A stretch of 27,984 bases of DNA from Chthoniobacteraceae bacterium (GTDB lineage Bacteria; Verrucomicrobiota; Verrucomicrobiia; Chthoniobacterales; Chthoniobacteraceae): the NCBI GenBank assembly GCA_031409655.1, contig JANNXQ010000070.1:1-27984 (forward strand), in the 5' to 3' direction. The translations under genes and the position numbers were made by a program. How positions within the stretch are numbered: position 1 is the first letter of the stretch; each line of letters opens with the position of its first letter. Of the stretch, positions 18,382 through 27,984 are shown piece by piece. Under the pieces are notes generated by a model. That model had not been told where the DNA came from. It made no database searches and worked only from the letters and a program-made list of their open reading frames with translations.

Positions 18382-18843
18382 TCAGCGGCTCGACGCTTTG
18401 CGTTTCTTTGGCGGAGTCGAGCGCTTGAGCACGACCGCTCGCTTCGCCGCGGCCACCGGAGCCGCCGCCCGGCGTTCAGCACTCCGACCAGCGACGACCG
18501 TTGCGCGTTTCACGGATGCCTTCCGGTATTCCACGGGCAGGAAGCGGTCGTTCGAATTTCGTTTCACGGGTTCCGGCTTCAAGGCAGGAACCACGCGCCA
18601 CCACGTCTCCTCCTCCAGCATCCGCGCCAGCAGCACCGGCATCGGCGCCCGGATCTCAGGCTTCCGCTCGACGATCTCGAGCGTCTCGACGATGACCTCA
18701 GGCATCACTGCGACCGCTTCCGCAGTTACCTTGACGTGGCCAGACCGTTTGACGCGAGGTCCAGACCTCCGGTTTTGACTCTTCTTGGGAGAAACGTCTC
18801 CCCGTGATCTGGCTGTTTTTTTCTGCATGGTTGTTTTTTTCAT
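18382..18843 (-). CDS. hypothetical Lys/Arg-rich basic protein
   Basis: 153-aa ORF with basic low-complexity termini; second gene downstream of a sigma-54-like promoter. Confidence 0.55.
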   Translation of the reverse strand: MKKTTMQKKTARSRGDVSPKKSQNRRSGPRVKRSGHVKVTAEAVAVMPEVIVETLEIVERKPEIRAPMPVLLARMLEEETWWRVVPALKPEPVKRNSNDRFLPVEYRKASVKRATVVAGRSAERRAAAPVAAAKRAVVLKRSTPPKKRKASSR

Positions 18844-18861
18844 GGTGGGATTATTTGGATT

Positions 18862-19032
18862 TCAGGGTTTCCGGTGTCTGCGGCGCGGGCTACCGACCCG
18901 GCTCGCATTCTCCGAGAAATGCCGAACACCGTTGCTCATGGGAGTTACCGAGCCTGGAACCACCGCGTCCAAAAACGCGTTCGGCGTTTCGCGCGCCGAG
19001 TTTGGCTTCTCCCAGTTCAACGATTGCGACAT
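18862..19032 (-). CDS. small hypothetical protein (56 aa)
   Basis: [27 protein letters not shown]...RRRHRKP. The ATG lies about 15 nt downstream of the sigma-54 -12 element, and the stop is 18 nt before the next ATG. Confidence 0.45.
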   Translation of the reverse strand: MSQSLNWEKPNSARETPNAFLDAVVPGSVTPMSNGVRHFSENASRVGSPRRRHRKP

Positions 19033-19047
19033 ATCGCTAATGCGAGT

Positions 19048-19063
19048 AGCGAGCCCCGTGCCA
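19048..19063 (-). promoter_or_regulatory. putative sigma-54 (RpoN) -24/-12 promoter
   Basis: Minus strand TGGCAC-GGGGC-TCGCT, with exact GG-N10-GC spacing and in an intergenic position. Confidence 0.6.
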
Positions 19064-19302
19064 GGCGTCCCAGCAGGAGTAATAATGCCGCTTTTCCCGA
19101 CAAAACCGGTCGCTTCCGCCGCCAACCACTCCCCTCGACTCTCAACCCTGCGAATTCCCAGCAAAAAGCCAGCCCCCTGGATCGACTTCAGATAGGCGAA
19201 GTCACACCCGTACCAGCCACCCGCCGCAGAGCACTCGCTTTCCTTCCGCGGCGGAGGCTGTCAGAAAGTCCCACGCACCCCGCCTGCTCTTCACCCACCC
19301 AG

Positions 19303-19941
19303 ATGCCGGACTCCACCTCGCTCCCGCAAACCGCCTGCTACCGCCTCCGGTCGGTGGCACGTTCCTTTGCCAGTGCCGCGCGGCGCCAGTATTGGGCCGC
19401 GCAAGGAATGCAGATCGGTGCCGGCACGACGCTGCCGCGGATCGTGGTGACGTGGCCCCATCAGGTCGCCATCGGCGCGGATTGCGTGCTCGAGCCGGAC
19501 GTCTTTTTCAAATGGGACGGCATCTGGTCGCCCGGCCCGCGCATCCGCATCGGCGATCGCGTCTTCCTCGGGCGCGGGTGTGAATTCAACGCGCAGGTCG
19601 GGATCGAGATCGGCGCTGACTCCTCGATCGCGTCGGGGTGCAAGTTTGTGGATCACGATCACGGGATCGTCGGCGAGACGATCGACGCGGTGCCCGGCCG
19701 CTCGGGTGCGATCACGCTCGGCCGCCATGTCTGGCTCGGGGCGAATGTGATCGTCCTGCGCGGGGTGACGATCGGCGATGGCGCGGTGGTCGCCGCCGGA
19801 GCGGTCGTCACCAAGTCGATCCCGGCGCAAGAGATCTGGGCCGGTGTCCCCGCGCGCCATCTCCGCGAGCGTGGCCCCAAGGAGGAGGGGCGCCCCCGCC
19901 CCGTGGATAAGACTCGGGGCGAGGGCGCCCCTCCTCCTTGA
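19303..19941 (+). CDS. hexapeptide-repeat (left-handed beta-helix) acyltransferase
   Basis: [60 protein letters not shown]. Confidence 0.88.
   Translation: MPDSTSLPQTACYRLRSVARSFASAARRQYWAAQGMQIGAGTTLPRIVVTWPHQVAIGADCVLEPDVFFKWDGIWSPGPRIRIGDRVFLGRGCEFNAQVGIEIGADSSIASGCKFVDHDHGIVGETIDAVPGRSGAITLGRHVWLGANVIVLRGVTIGDGAVVAAGAVVTKSIPAQEIWAGVPARHLRERGPKEEGRPRPVDKTRGEGAPPP
19878..19940. repeat. palindromic REP-like element, copy 1
   Basis: CAAGGAGGAGGGGCGCCCCCGCCCCG-loop-CGGGGCGAGGGCGCCCCTCCTCCTTG; a near-identical copy lies at 22764-22827. Confidence 0.85.
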
Positions 19942-19960
19942 TGCCGTGCCAGACGCTCTT

Positions 19961-21223
19961 ATGAATCGCCGCCGTCTCCTCCTCCTGCTCGGCGCTCTGC
20001 TCGTGATCGCAGCGACGATCACCTTTCGCACGCAGCGCGCTTCATTGCCGCACGAAACGGCAGTAAAGGACGCCAGCCCGCGCGCGGATCAGCCGCCGAC
20101 TTCACCCACCGCGGCGATGGCCTCGCCATCTTCTCCCGCCGCCAGCGCTGACGAGCGGCCCGGCCCGAAAAAACGCGAGGGCGTCGATGCGGCGAATCTC
20201 TACGCGGATGCTTTCGTGCTCTTCGACCGGCTGACCGACGAGGAAAAAGCGATGATTCGCAGGCCGCGCGAGGAGGTGGATGCAGAGAAGGCCGCGCAAC
20301 TCTTCGAGAAGATTCAGGCGATCATGGCCCTGCTGCGTGCGGCGGCGAAAGCGGACTACTGCGATTGGGGCATGGGGGACATCAATTTCGAGACCGCGCT
20401 GCCGCACTTGGGAAAGGCTCAGAATCTCGCGAGTCTCGCACTGTGGGCCGCGGCGTATGGTTTTCCCGCGGATCCGGCAGCAGCACTCGACGACCTCTCA
20501 GTGCGTGCCCGCCTCGGTCATCATCTGGCGAACACGCTGATCGGAATGCTCGTGAGCGCGGGTCTCGAAGGCAGCGCCAACAATCTCCTCCGCGATCACC
20601 TGCACTCCCTCAATGCCACGGCAAACGGCAAGGCAATGGAACTTATCGCGGCATCCACCCTGGACGCGGACATCGAGCGGGCCATGCAGACCGAGATATT
20701 AGCCGCTCAGGCGATGGGAAAAAAGCTCGCGAGCCAAACCCCGGAAGAGCGACTCAGCGTATTTTCTCATCTCGTGGAAGGCGACGACGCGACTGCTGGG
20801 CAGAGTGCCGACGCCGACCGGATGGAAGCGGCAGTCCGCGATCCAAAGCTCTTCGCGGCGGAGCTCACATACATGCTGAACGTCGAGGCAAGAATGGCTG
20901 ACGCGTTCCTGCTGCCCGAGGCGGAGTTTCAAAATTGGTGGAAGGGGGTGAAGGATGAAATGAGTACCGATCACCCGCTCGCGAAGGTGACGCTGCCACA
21001 CCTCATCGGAGTCCAGGAAACGATGCAGAAGTTGCGCATCCAACGGGCGCTGCTTACGGCTGGCGCGGATGTCCTGCAAAATGGTCCAGCCCAAGTCGGA
21101 CGCCATCGCGACCCGGCGACCGGCGGCGCGCTGATCTACGTGCCGACGCCGACGGGCTTTGAACTGCGCTCCACCTACCAATCAAAAGGTAAGCCGGTGA
21201 CGATGACGTTTTCGCGCCCGTAG
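19961..21223 (+). CDS. hypothetical membrane-anchored or secreted alpha-helical protein
   Basis: N-terminal RRR plus hydrophobic helix, a Pro/Ser linker, NLYADAF...YCDWG and a C-terminal DPATGGALIY...GFELRS. Long ORF. Confidence 0.75.
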   Translation: MNRRRLLLLLGALLVIAATITFRTQRASLPHETAVKDASPRADQPPTSPTAAMASPSSPAASADERPGPKKREGVDAANLYADAFVLFDRLTDEEKAMIRRPREEVDAEKAAQLFEKIQAIMALLRAAAKADYCDWGMGDINFETALPHLGKAQNLASLALWAAAYGFPADPAAALDDLSVRARLGHHLANTLIGMLVSAGLEGSANNLLRDHLHSLNATANGKAMELIAASTLDADIERAMQTEILAAQAMGKKLASQTPEERLSVFSHLVEGDDATAGQSADADRMEAAVRDPKLFAAELTYMLNVEARMADAFLLPEAEFQNWWKGVKDEMSTDHPLAKVTLPHLIGVQETMQKLRIQRALLTAGADVLQNGPAQVGRHRDPATGGALIYVPTPTGFELRSTYQSKGKPVTMTFSRP

Positions 21224-21226
21224 AAC

Positions 21227-21258
21227 CTGTCATCCTCCGCTGCGCTCAGGATCACAAG
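21227..21258. repeat. short hairpin, likely a truncated GTCATCCTGAGCG-type REP-like element or terminator between convergent genes
   Basis: TGTCATCCT-ccgctgcgctc-AGGATCACA. Confidence 0.45.
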
Positions 21259-21288
21259 GGCTGGGGAACGCGATCCCTGCGGCGCGCG

Positions 21289-22740
21289 CTACCCCGCGAT
21301 CTTCTTGTAAGGCTCGCCTTCGTTGAGCGTCGGGCGCTCGGGGCGGCCTTTGTATTTGTACACGAGGCCCATGTTGTCGATGCCGAGCAGCCACAGGATC
21401 GTGGCGTGGAGGTCGTGGACGTGGAGGCGTTCCTCCACGGCGTGCAGGCCGACCTCGTCGGTGCTGCCGATGGTTTGCCCGCCTTTCACACCACCACCGG
21501 CCATCCACATGGTGAAGCCAGTCGGGTTGTGATCGCGGCCGTCGCCTTTTTCGCTCATCGGGGTGCGGCCAAATTCGCCGCCCCACACCACGAGCGTCTC
21601 ATCGAGCAGGCCGCGCGACTTCAGATCCCGGAGCAGGCCTGCGATTGGCTTGTCCACGCCGCGGCAGAGCTTGCTGTGATTTTCCTCCAGCTTGGCGTGC
21701 GAATCCCACTTGCTGCCGGCGCCGCTGTAGAGTTGCACGAAACGCACGCCGCGCTCGACGAGCCGGCGCGAGAGCAGGCACATCTTACCAAATTCAGCCG
21801 TCTCCTTTTCGTCGATGCCGTAGAGCTCTTTAGTCGCCTCGGTTTCCTTCGACAGATCGACGGCCTCGGGCGCCTCGGCTTGCATCCGGAAGGCGAGTTC
21901 GTAGCTGGCGATGCGGGCTTCGAGTTCGGTCTGAAGTTTGCGCGAGGCAGCGTGCTCGCGGTTGAGCGAGTTCAGGAAGTCGAGCTTGCCGCGCTGCTGC
22001 GCTTCGCCCACGCCGTCGGGAGTGTTGAGATTCGGAATGGGCTCGCTGCTCGCAGTGATGCGCGTGCCTTGATAGACGGCGGGCATGAATCCCCCGCCCC
22101 AGTTGCGCGGCCCATTCACCACGCTCGTCGCGTTGTCCTGCATGACCACGAAGGCGGGCAGGTTTTGGTTCACGGTGCCGAGACCGTAGCTCGTCCATGC
22201 GCCGAGCGATGGACGTCCGGCGAGGATCGATCCAGTATTCATCTGGCAGACGCCGGCGGAGTGATTGATCCCATCCGCCCAGCACGAACGGACCACGGCG
22301 ATGTCATCGACCATCCCGGCGGTATGCGGCAGCCAGTCACTCACCCAAGTGCCAGACTGCCCGTGCTGCTTAAAGGTGCGTTGCGACGCGAGGATCGGCG
22401 AATCGAATTCTCCCATCGCCGTAATCACGCGCCCGAAGCTCGGCGGGATCGGCTTGCCGGCGAGTTCCGCGAGCAGCGGCTTGGGATCGAAGGTGTCCAT
22501 TTGCGACGGCCCACCCTCCATGAAGAGGAAGATGACGCTCTTCGCTTTCGCGGGGAACTGCCCGGCGCGCGGCGCGAGGGGATTGAGGGGCTTGCTCTCG
22601 GCGATCGCCGCCTGGAGGGCGGACCCTTTGAGCAAATCCAGGAGCGCGAGCCCGCCGAAACCCGCGCCACTGCGCAGGAGAAAATCGCGACGGGAAAAAG
22701 CAGAGGCGCGGCGGCCGCAGAAGGTGGAGGATGGGTTCAT
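21289..22740 (-). CDS. DUF1501-family protein (intact) with Tat signal
   Basis: [67 protein letters not shown]. Confidence 0.92.
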   Translation of the reverse strand: MNPSSTFCGRRASAFSRRDFLLRSGAGFGGLALLDLLKGSALQAAIAESKPLNPLAPRAGQFPAKAKSVIFLFMEGGPSQMDTFDPKPLLAELAGKPIPPSFGRVITAMGEFDSPILASQRTFKQHGQSGTWVSDWLPHTAGMVDDIAVVRSCWADGINHSAGVCQMNTGSILAGRPSLGAWTSYGLGTVNQNLPAFVVMQDNATSVVNGPRNWGGGFMPAVYQGTRITASSEPIPNLNTPDGVGEAQQRGKLDFLNSLNREHAASRKLQTELEARIASYELAFRMQAEAPEAVDLSKETEATKELYGIDEKETAEFGKMCLLSRRLVERGVRFVQLYSGAGSKWDSHAKLEENHSKLCRGVDKPIAGLLRDLKSRGLLDETLVVWGGEFGRTPMSEKGDGRDHNPTGFTMWMAGGGVKGGQTIGSTDEVGLHAVEERLHVHDLHATILWLLGIDNMGLVYKYKGRPERPTLNEGEPYKKIAG

Positions 22741-22763
22741 AGGAGCGGGATGTGTGCGAGTCT

Positions 22764-22827
22764 TCAAGGAGTTGGGGCGCCCTCGCCCCAAGTAGAAACT
22801 CGGGGCGTGGGCGCCCCTGCTCCTTGA
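22764..22827. repeat. palindromic REP-like element, copy 2
   Basis: TCAAGGAGTTGGGGCGCCCTCGCCCC-loop-CGGGGCGTGGGCGCCCCTGCTCCTTGA. Confidence 0.85.
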
Positions 22828-22851
22828 TCGTGCGCCACAGGGTTTGCGGGA

Positions 22852-25800
22852 TTAATCGACATACAAAAACTCATTCGAGTTCAGGAGCACGTGGCAGAAG
22901 TCGATGAGGGCGAGTTGGCGCGGGTCTTCGCGTGGTCCGGTGGGTTTGGCGGAGGTGATTTCATTGCCGCGCCCAGAGCTGTCGGCATGTGGACCGGGAT
23001 CGCTGTCAAATTTCCAGTAGCCCACGGTGTGCTCCCCGGGTGCGGCGCTGGTGAAGAGGAGTTGCTCGGCGCGCAGTGGGATATTCGAGAGGCGCACGTC
23101 GTCGATGAGGCCGTCGAAAAGATTGCCGCTGCCGGTGGGCGCACCGCCGATCACGACCGGCGCGTCGCTGGCGATGCCGCTGGTGGTGCCGTGGGTCACG
23201 CGCACGACTTGCAGCGGTTCGTCATCGTTCGAGAGATCCTTGGCGTAGAAGGTGATGCCATTTTCCGCGGCATCCTCGAGATCGACAGCGACGGCGACGA
23301 AATAGGGGCGACCGAGTTCGATGTGCAGACCGGAGAAGATCGGCTCGATGGGATCCGTCTCGCGCCACGGTTTATCGCCGCAGATCTGGAGGACGAGCGT
23401 CTGGGGCTTGTGGCGCGAGCCTTTGCCGGTGACGCCGAGCGACCAACCCGGATGCCCGCGCTGTCCATCCCAATGTGAGACGATGGTCCGCACCGCGGCG
23501 TTTTCGTAGATCGTCTTGATGTTGATGAAGGCCTCAACGGTGAAGTCGCCTTTCGGGAAGACGGCGTCATTCGGGATGACGAGGCGCTCCTGAGGGGTGC
23601 CGGGGGTGAGGATCGCGGCATGGCCGTCGCGGAATTGCATCTTCTCGCTGGCGAAGGGCGCAGCCTCTTCGACCGGTGCGGCGGTGGCGACGACGTTACT
23701 CTGCTGGCTGATGAACTCCCGCGCGCCGTCACGCTCGGCTTTGCTCGGCTCGCGGCTGAAGGCTAGGCGGAAGGCATCGGCGACGAGCTTGTCTTCGTCC
23801 GACGAGCTTTCCTTGCGCAGCCGTTCGGCAAAAGCATTCGCGCGGTCGAGGCTCCAGCGGCTGTTGATCATGAGCAAGGACTGCGTCGGCGTGGTAGTGA
23901 CATTGCGCAGCGAAGTGCTGGCAAAGCCCTCCGGCACGTCGAAGACTTCGAGCATCGGATCGCGGGTGTTGCGCACGACCTTGCTGAAAATGGTGCGCAC
24001 GGGCTTGCTCGAATCCTGTCCGGCCCCGCCATCGGGGAATCTGATTTCGCCCGTCAGCGCGAGCACGGCGTCACGGATTTGCTCGGCGTCGAGACGCTTC
24101 GTCGAGGCGCGCCAGAGCAGACGATTCTCGGGATCTTTCAGGCGCGCGGCTTCGGCGATCGGGTTCTCGACGGACTGCTGATACGTCGCGCTCGTGACGA
24201 TGCGCCGGTGCAGCTTTTTCAAACTCCAGCCGTCCTCGACGAACTGCCGGGCGAGCCAGTCGAGCAACTCCGGATGCGACGGCTTTTCGCCGAGCTTCCC
24301 GAAGTCACTGGCATTCACGGCGAGGCCCTGGCTGAAGTGATACTGCCAGATGCGATTGACGATCACGCGGGCAGCCAGCGGATTTTCCGGCTGGGTGAGC
24401 CAGCGCGCGAGTGCGGCGCGGCGGCCGGTGGTCGGCGTCTGCACGGGTTCGATCTTCGCCGGCGCTTCGTCGAGGACGGAAAGAAAGCCCGGCTCGATGG
24501 CACCCATGGCCGCTTTCTTCGGGATGGTAACCGGTGGCGCGAGGGGGCCGATGTCACTCGCGGACTGCGCCATGGGCAGCGGCTCCGGGCGGTCGCCGGC
24601 AAACTTCTGCAATTCCGCCAGCAGCACCGTGCGCTTTGACTTATCCGGTTCCTTCACGCGACCGGGGAACCGTTTCTCGCTCCACTCGTACTCCACCTGA
24701 CGCCAAGCGAGTTCCACGAGTTGCTGCTCGTAAGACGTGCGCTCGGCGGCCGGCTTGGCGATCAGCGCGCGCGTTTCTGGCGGAAATTTTTCCACCGCGT
24801 CCTTTTCCGCCCGCGCGCGATACTTCACCTCGATCTCTTCGATTTGCCTGCGCAGATCCGCCGTCTTCTCCTCCCAGACGGCGAGCTTCCGCTGGTACTC
24901 CGCGCGCTGCTCCGGGGTGCCCACTTCGGTCTGCCCGTAGTAGCGGATCGGCGCGAAGAAGGCCTGCAAGCGGAAGTAATCCTTTTGCAGGATGGGATCG
25001 AACTTGTGGTCGTGGCAGCGCGCGCACTGGACGCCCATACCCATGAAGACATCCGCCGTCGTGTCGGTGAGATCGTTCAGCATGTTCGACCACTGGCCAA
25101 CGACGTCGCGGTTATTGTACTCGTAGATGCCGTGGGTCAGGAAACCGGTGGCGATCTGCGCATCGGGCTCGCGCGGCCAGAGTTCATCGCCCGCGAGCTG
25201 CTCCTGCACAAAGCGGTCGTAAGGCTTGTCGGCATTGAACGCGCGGATGACGTAATCGCGGTAGCGCCAGGCGTTCGGGCGGTAATCGTCCACGCGGTAG
25301 CCATCGCTCTCGGCGTAGCGCACGAGGTCGAGCCAGTGGCGCGCCCAGCGTTCGCCGTAGCGGGGATTCGCGAGCAAGGAATCCACGAGACGCTCGACGG
25401 CGGCTGCGGGCTTGGCCGCGTGTTCTTTTGCGAAATCTGCGACCTGCTGCGGAGTCGGAGGCAGACCGATGAGATCGAAATAAAGTCGGCGAGCGAGTTT
25501 CTCCGCAGGGGCTGGCGGCGCAGGCTGCAGGCCTTCGGAGGCGAGCCGGCTGCGAATAAAGCGATCGATCGGCTGCGCGCCCGGAGCATTCTCCAAGACC
25601 GGCGGCTCGACCGTCACCACCGGCTGAAACGCCCACCACTGGCGATCCTCGTCGGTGATCTTTCCCTTCGCGCGCTTGGTCATCTTTTGCCCCGGAGCCT
25701 CCGGCCACGGCGCGCCCATCTTCACCCACTCGGTGAGCAGCGCGATCTGCTCGTCGGCGAGCTTCTTGCCCTTCGGCGGCATCTGCATGTCCTCGTTTTT

Positions 25801-26082
25801 GTAAGTGACCGCCTCGATGAGCAGGCTCTTCGCCGGATTACCCGGCACCACCGCTGCGCCGGTGTCGCCACCCGCGATCGCCGCGTCGCGCGAATCGAGC
25901 ACCAGCCCACCCTTGATCTTGTCCGACGAATGGCTGTGACACTTGTAGCAAGCGTCCCGAAGGATCGGTTCGATCTTCTTCGTGAAAAATTCGGCGTCCT
26001 TTGCGTCAGCATTCGCAGCGACGGCGGATGCGGAGAACGCCGCGCCGACGACGAAAAGACAGGGGAAAAGCAGCAGTCGCAT
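22852..26082 (-). CDS. planctomycete cytochrome c / DUF1549 / DUF1553 (PSD1) protein with a LamG-like domain
   Basis: Signal peptide, CYKCH, WWAFQP, YGERWARHWLDLVRYAES, CARCHDHKFDP, NPLAARVIVNRIWQYHF, PSHPELLDWLA, RLDAEQIRD, LamG-like FTVEAFI...FDGLIDDVRL and terminal LLNSNEFLYVD. Confidence 0.93.
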   Translation of the reverse strand: MRLLLFPCLFVVGAAFSASAVAANADAKDAEFFTKKIEPILRDACYKCHSHSSDKIKGGLVLDSRDAAIAGGDTGAAVVPGNPAKSLLIEAVTYKNEDMQMPPKGKKLADEQIALLTEWVKMGAPWPEAPGQKMTKRAKGKITDEDRQWWAFQPVVTVEPPVLENAPGAQPIDRFIRSRLASEGLQPAPPAPAEKLARRLYFDLIGLPPTPQQVADFAKEHAAKPAAAVERLVDSLLANPRYGERWARHWLDLVRYAESDGYRVDDYRPNAWRYRDYVIRAFNADKPYDRFVQEQLAGDELWPREPDAQIATGFLTHGIYEYNNRDVVGQWSNMLNDLTDTTADVFMGMGVQCARCHDHKFDPILQKDYFRLQAFFAPIRYYGQTEVGTPEQRAEYQRKLAVWEEKTADLRRQIEEIEVKYRARAEKDAVEKFPPETRALIAKPAAERTSYEQQLVELAWRQVEYEWSEKRFPGRVKEPDKSKRTVLLAELQKFAGDRPEPLPMAQSASDIGPLAPPVTIPKKAAMGAIEPGFLSVLDEAPAKIEPVQTPTTGRRAALARWLTQPENPLAARVIVNRIWQYHFSQGLAVNASDFGKLGEKPSHPELLDWLARQFVEDGWSLKKLHRRIVTSATYQQSVENPIAEAARLKDPENRLLWRASTKRLDAEQIRDAVLALTGEIRFPDGGAGQDSSKPVRTIFSKVVRNTRDPMLEVFDVPEGFASTSLRNVTTTPTQSLLMINSRWSLDRANAFAERLRKESSSDEDKLVADAFRLAFSREPSKAERDGAREFISQQSNVVATAAPVEEAAPFASEKMQFRDGHAAILTPGTPQERLVIPNDAVFPKGDFTVEAFINIKTIYENAAVRTIVSHWDGQRGHPGWSLGVTGKGSRHKPQTLVLQICGDKPWRETDPIEPIFSGLHIELGRPYFVAVAVDLEDAAENGITFYAKDLSNDDEPLQVVRVTHGTTSGIASDAPVVIGGAPTGSGNLFDGLIDDVRLSNIPLRAEQLLFTSAAPGEHTVGYWKFDSDPGPHADSSGRGNEITSAKPTGPREDPRQLALIDFCHVLLNSNEFLYVD

Positions 26083-26088
26083 ATTCCG

Positions 26089-26117
26089 ATCCTCGCTGGA
26101 CCAGCCTCAACAGGCAA
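26089..26117 (-). promoter_or_regulatory. sigma70-like promoter of the PSD1 gene, leaderless geometry
   Basis: Minus strand TTGCCT-N17-GAGGAT-N6-ATG(26082). Confidence 0.45.
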
Positions 26118-26160
26118 CCTGCCGATACTCCCACCATCGGGTGAGTGCGAAGGAACGCAG

Positions 26161-27377
<1,217 letters not shown>

Positions 27378-27381
<4 letters not shown>

Positions 27382-27984
27382 GCGATTTCCTCCGCTGGCA
27401 GCCTGCGCAGTTCTTCGTCGGCCTTCGCGCGGTCGCGCACCGCCTCGTCGCTGAGGACGCGGCCGTCGCGCATCACGATGATCCGCCCGGCGAAGCGCGC
27501 GACATCGGTTTCGTGAGTGACCATTACGATGGTGATGCCCTGCGCATTGAGGCGCTGAAAAATGCCGAGGATCTCGACGCTCGTCCGGGTGTCGAGATTC
27601 CCCGTGGGCTCATCGGCGAGGAGTAGCACGGGGTCATTGACCAGTGCCCGCGCGATGGCCACGCGCTGCTGCTGGCCGCCGGAGAGCTGGCTGGGCGTGT
27701 GATCCGCGCGCGCGCCGATGCCCACCATCTCCAGGGTGCGCATCGCCTTTTCCTGCTGCTCGTGCGCGCTCAGGGCAGAGCGCCGGTAGAGCATTGGCAG
27801 CTCCACATTTTCCAGCGCGCTCGTCCGCGAGAGGAGGTTGAATCCTTGAAAGACAAACCCGATCCGGCTGTTGCGGATGTCGGAAAATTCGTCGCGGCTG
27901 AGGTTCGAGACATCGAGTCCATCTAGGGTGTAGCGCCCGGCCGTCGGACGATCGAGGCAGCCGAGGATGTTCATGAGCGTGGAT
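27378..27984 (-). CDS. ABC transporter ATP-binding protein (LolD/MacB-type), 5' end outside the window
   Basis: End of Walker A (..STLMNILG), [30 protein letters not shown]. Overlaps the permease start. Confidence 0.95.

Overview
GC-rich bacterial DNA that most resembles Verrucomicrobiota (Chthoniobacterales-like) or another PVC lineage. This is inferred from the PSD1/planctomycete-cytochrome plus DUF1501 modules, a Gram-negative-type Dop homologue and the ilvE-mcsA-mcsB order. The first ~4.5 kb looks decayed: an IS630-like transposase tail, a UPF0175 antitoxin-like gene whose PIN-type partner is cut after about 10 codons, two DUF1501 genes broken by in-frame stops (one also frameshifted) and a truncated EF-hand/redoxin gene. 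The middle is mostly intact and rich in proteostasis and redox genes: a solitary Dop (Pup/UBact deamidase-depupylase family), a peroxiredoxin, infA, a TPR protein, ilvE-mcsA-mcsB with no adjacent clpC, an Hsp33-like chaperone, galM divergent from a Zn-dependent glucose dehydrogenase, and a probably exported MsrB. A likely sigma-54 promoter drives two unknown basic proteins. The right end holds an intact PSD1-cytochrome c/LamG plus DUF1501 pair and a MacB-like ABC transporter whose ATPase gene is partial. Non-coding signals include two copies of a ~63-bp palindromic REP-like element, short tandem-repeat tracts, repeated leaderless promoter geometry and several candidate structured RNAs. I saw no rRNA, tRNA or CRISPR array. 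All family calls come from motif recognition by eye; no database search was run.
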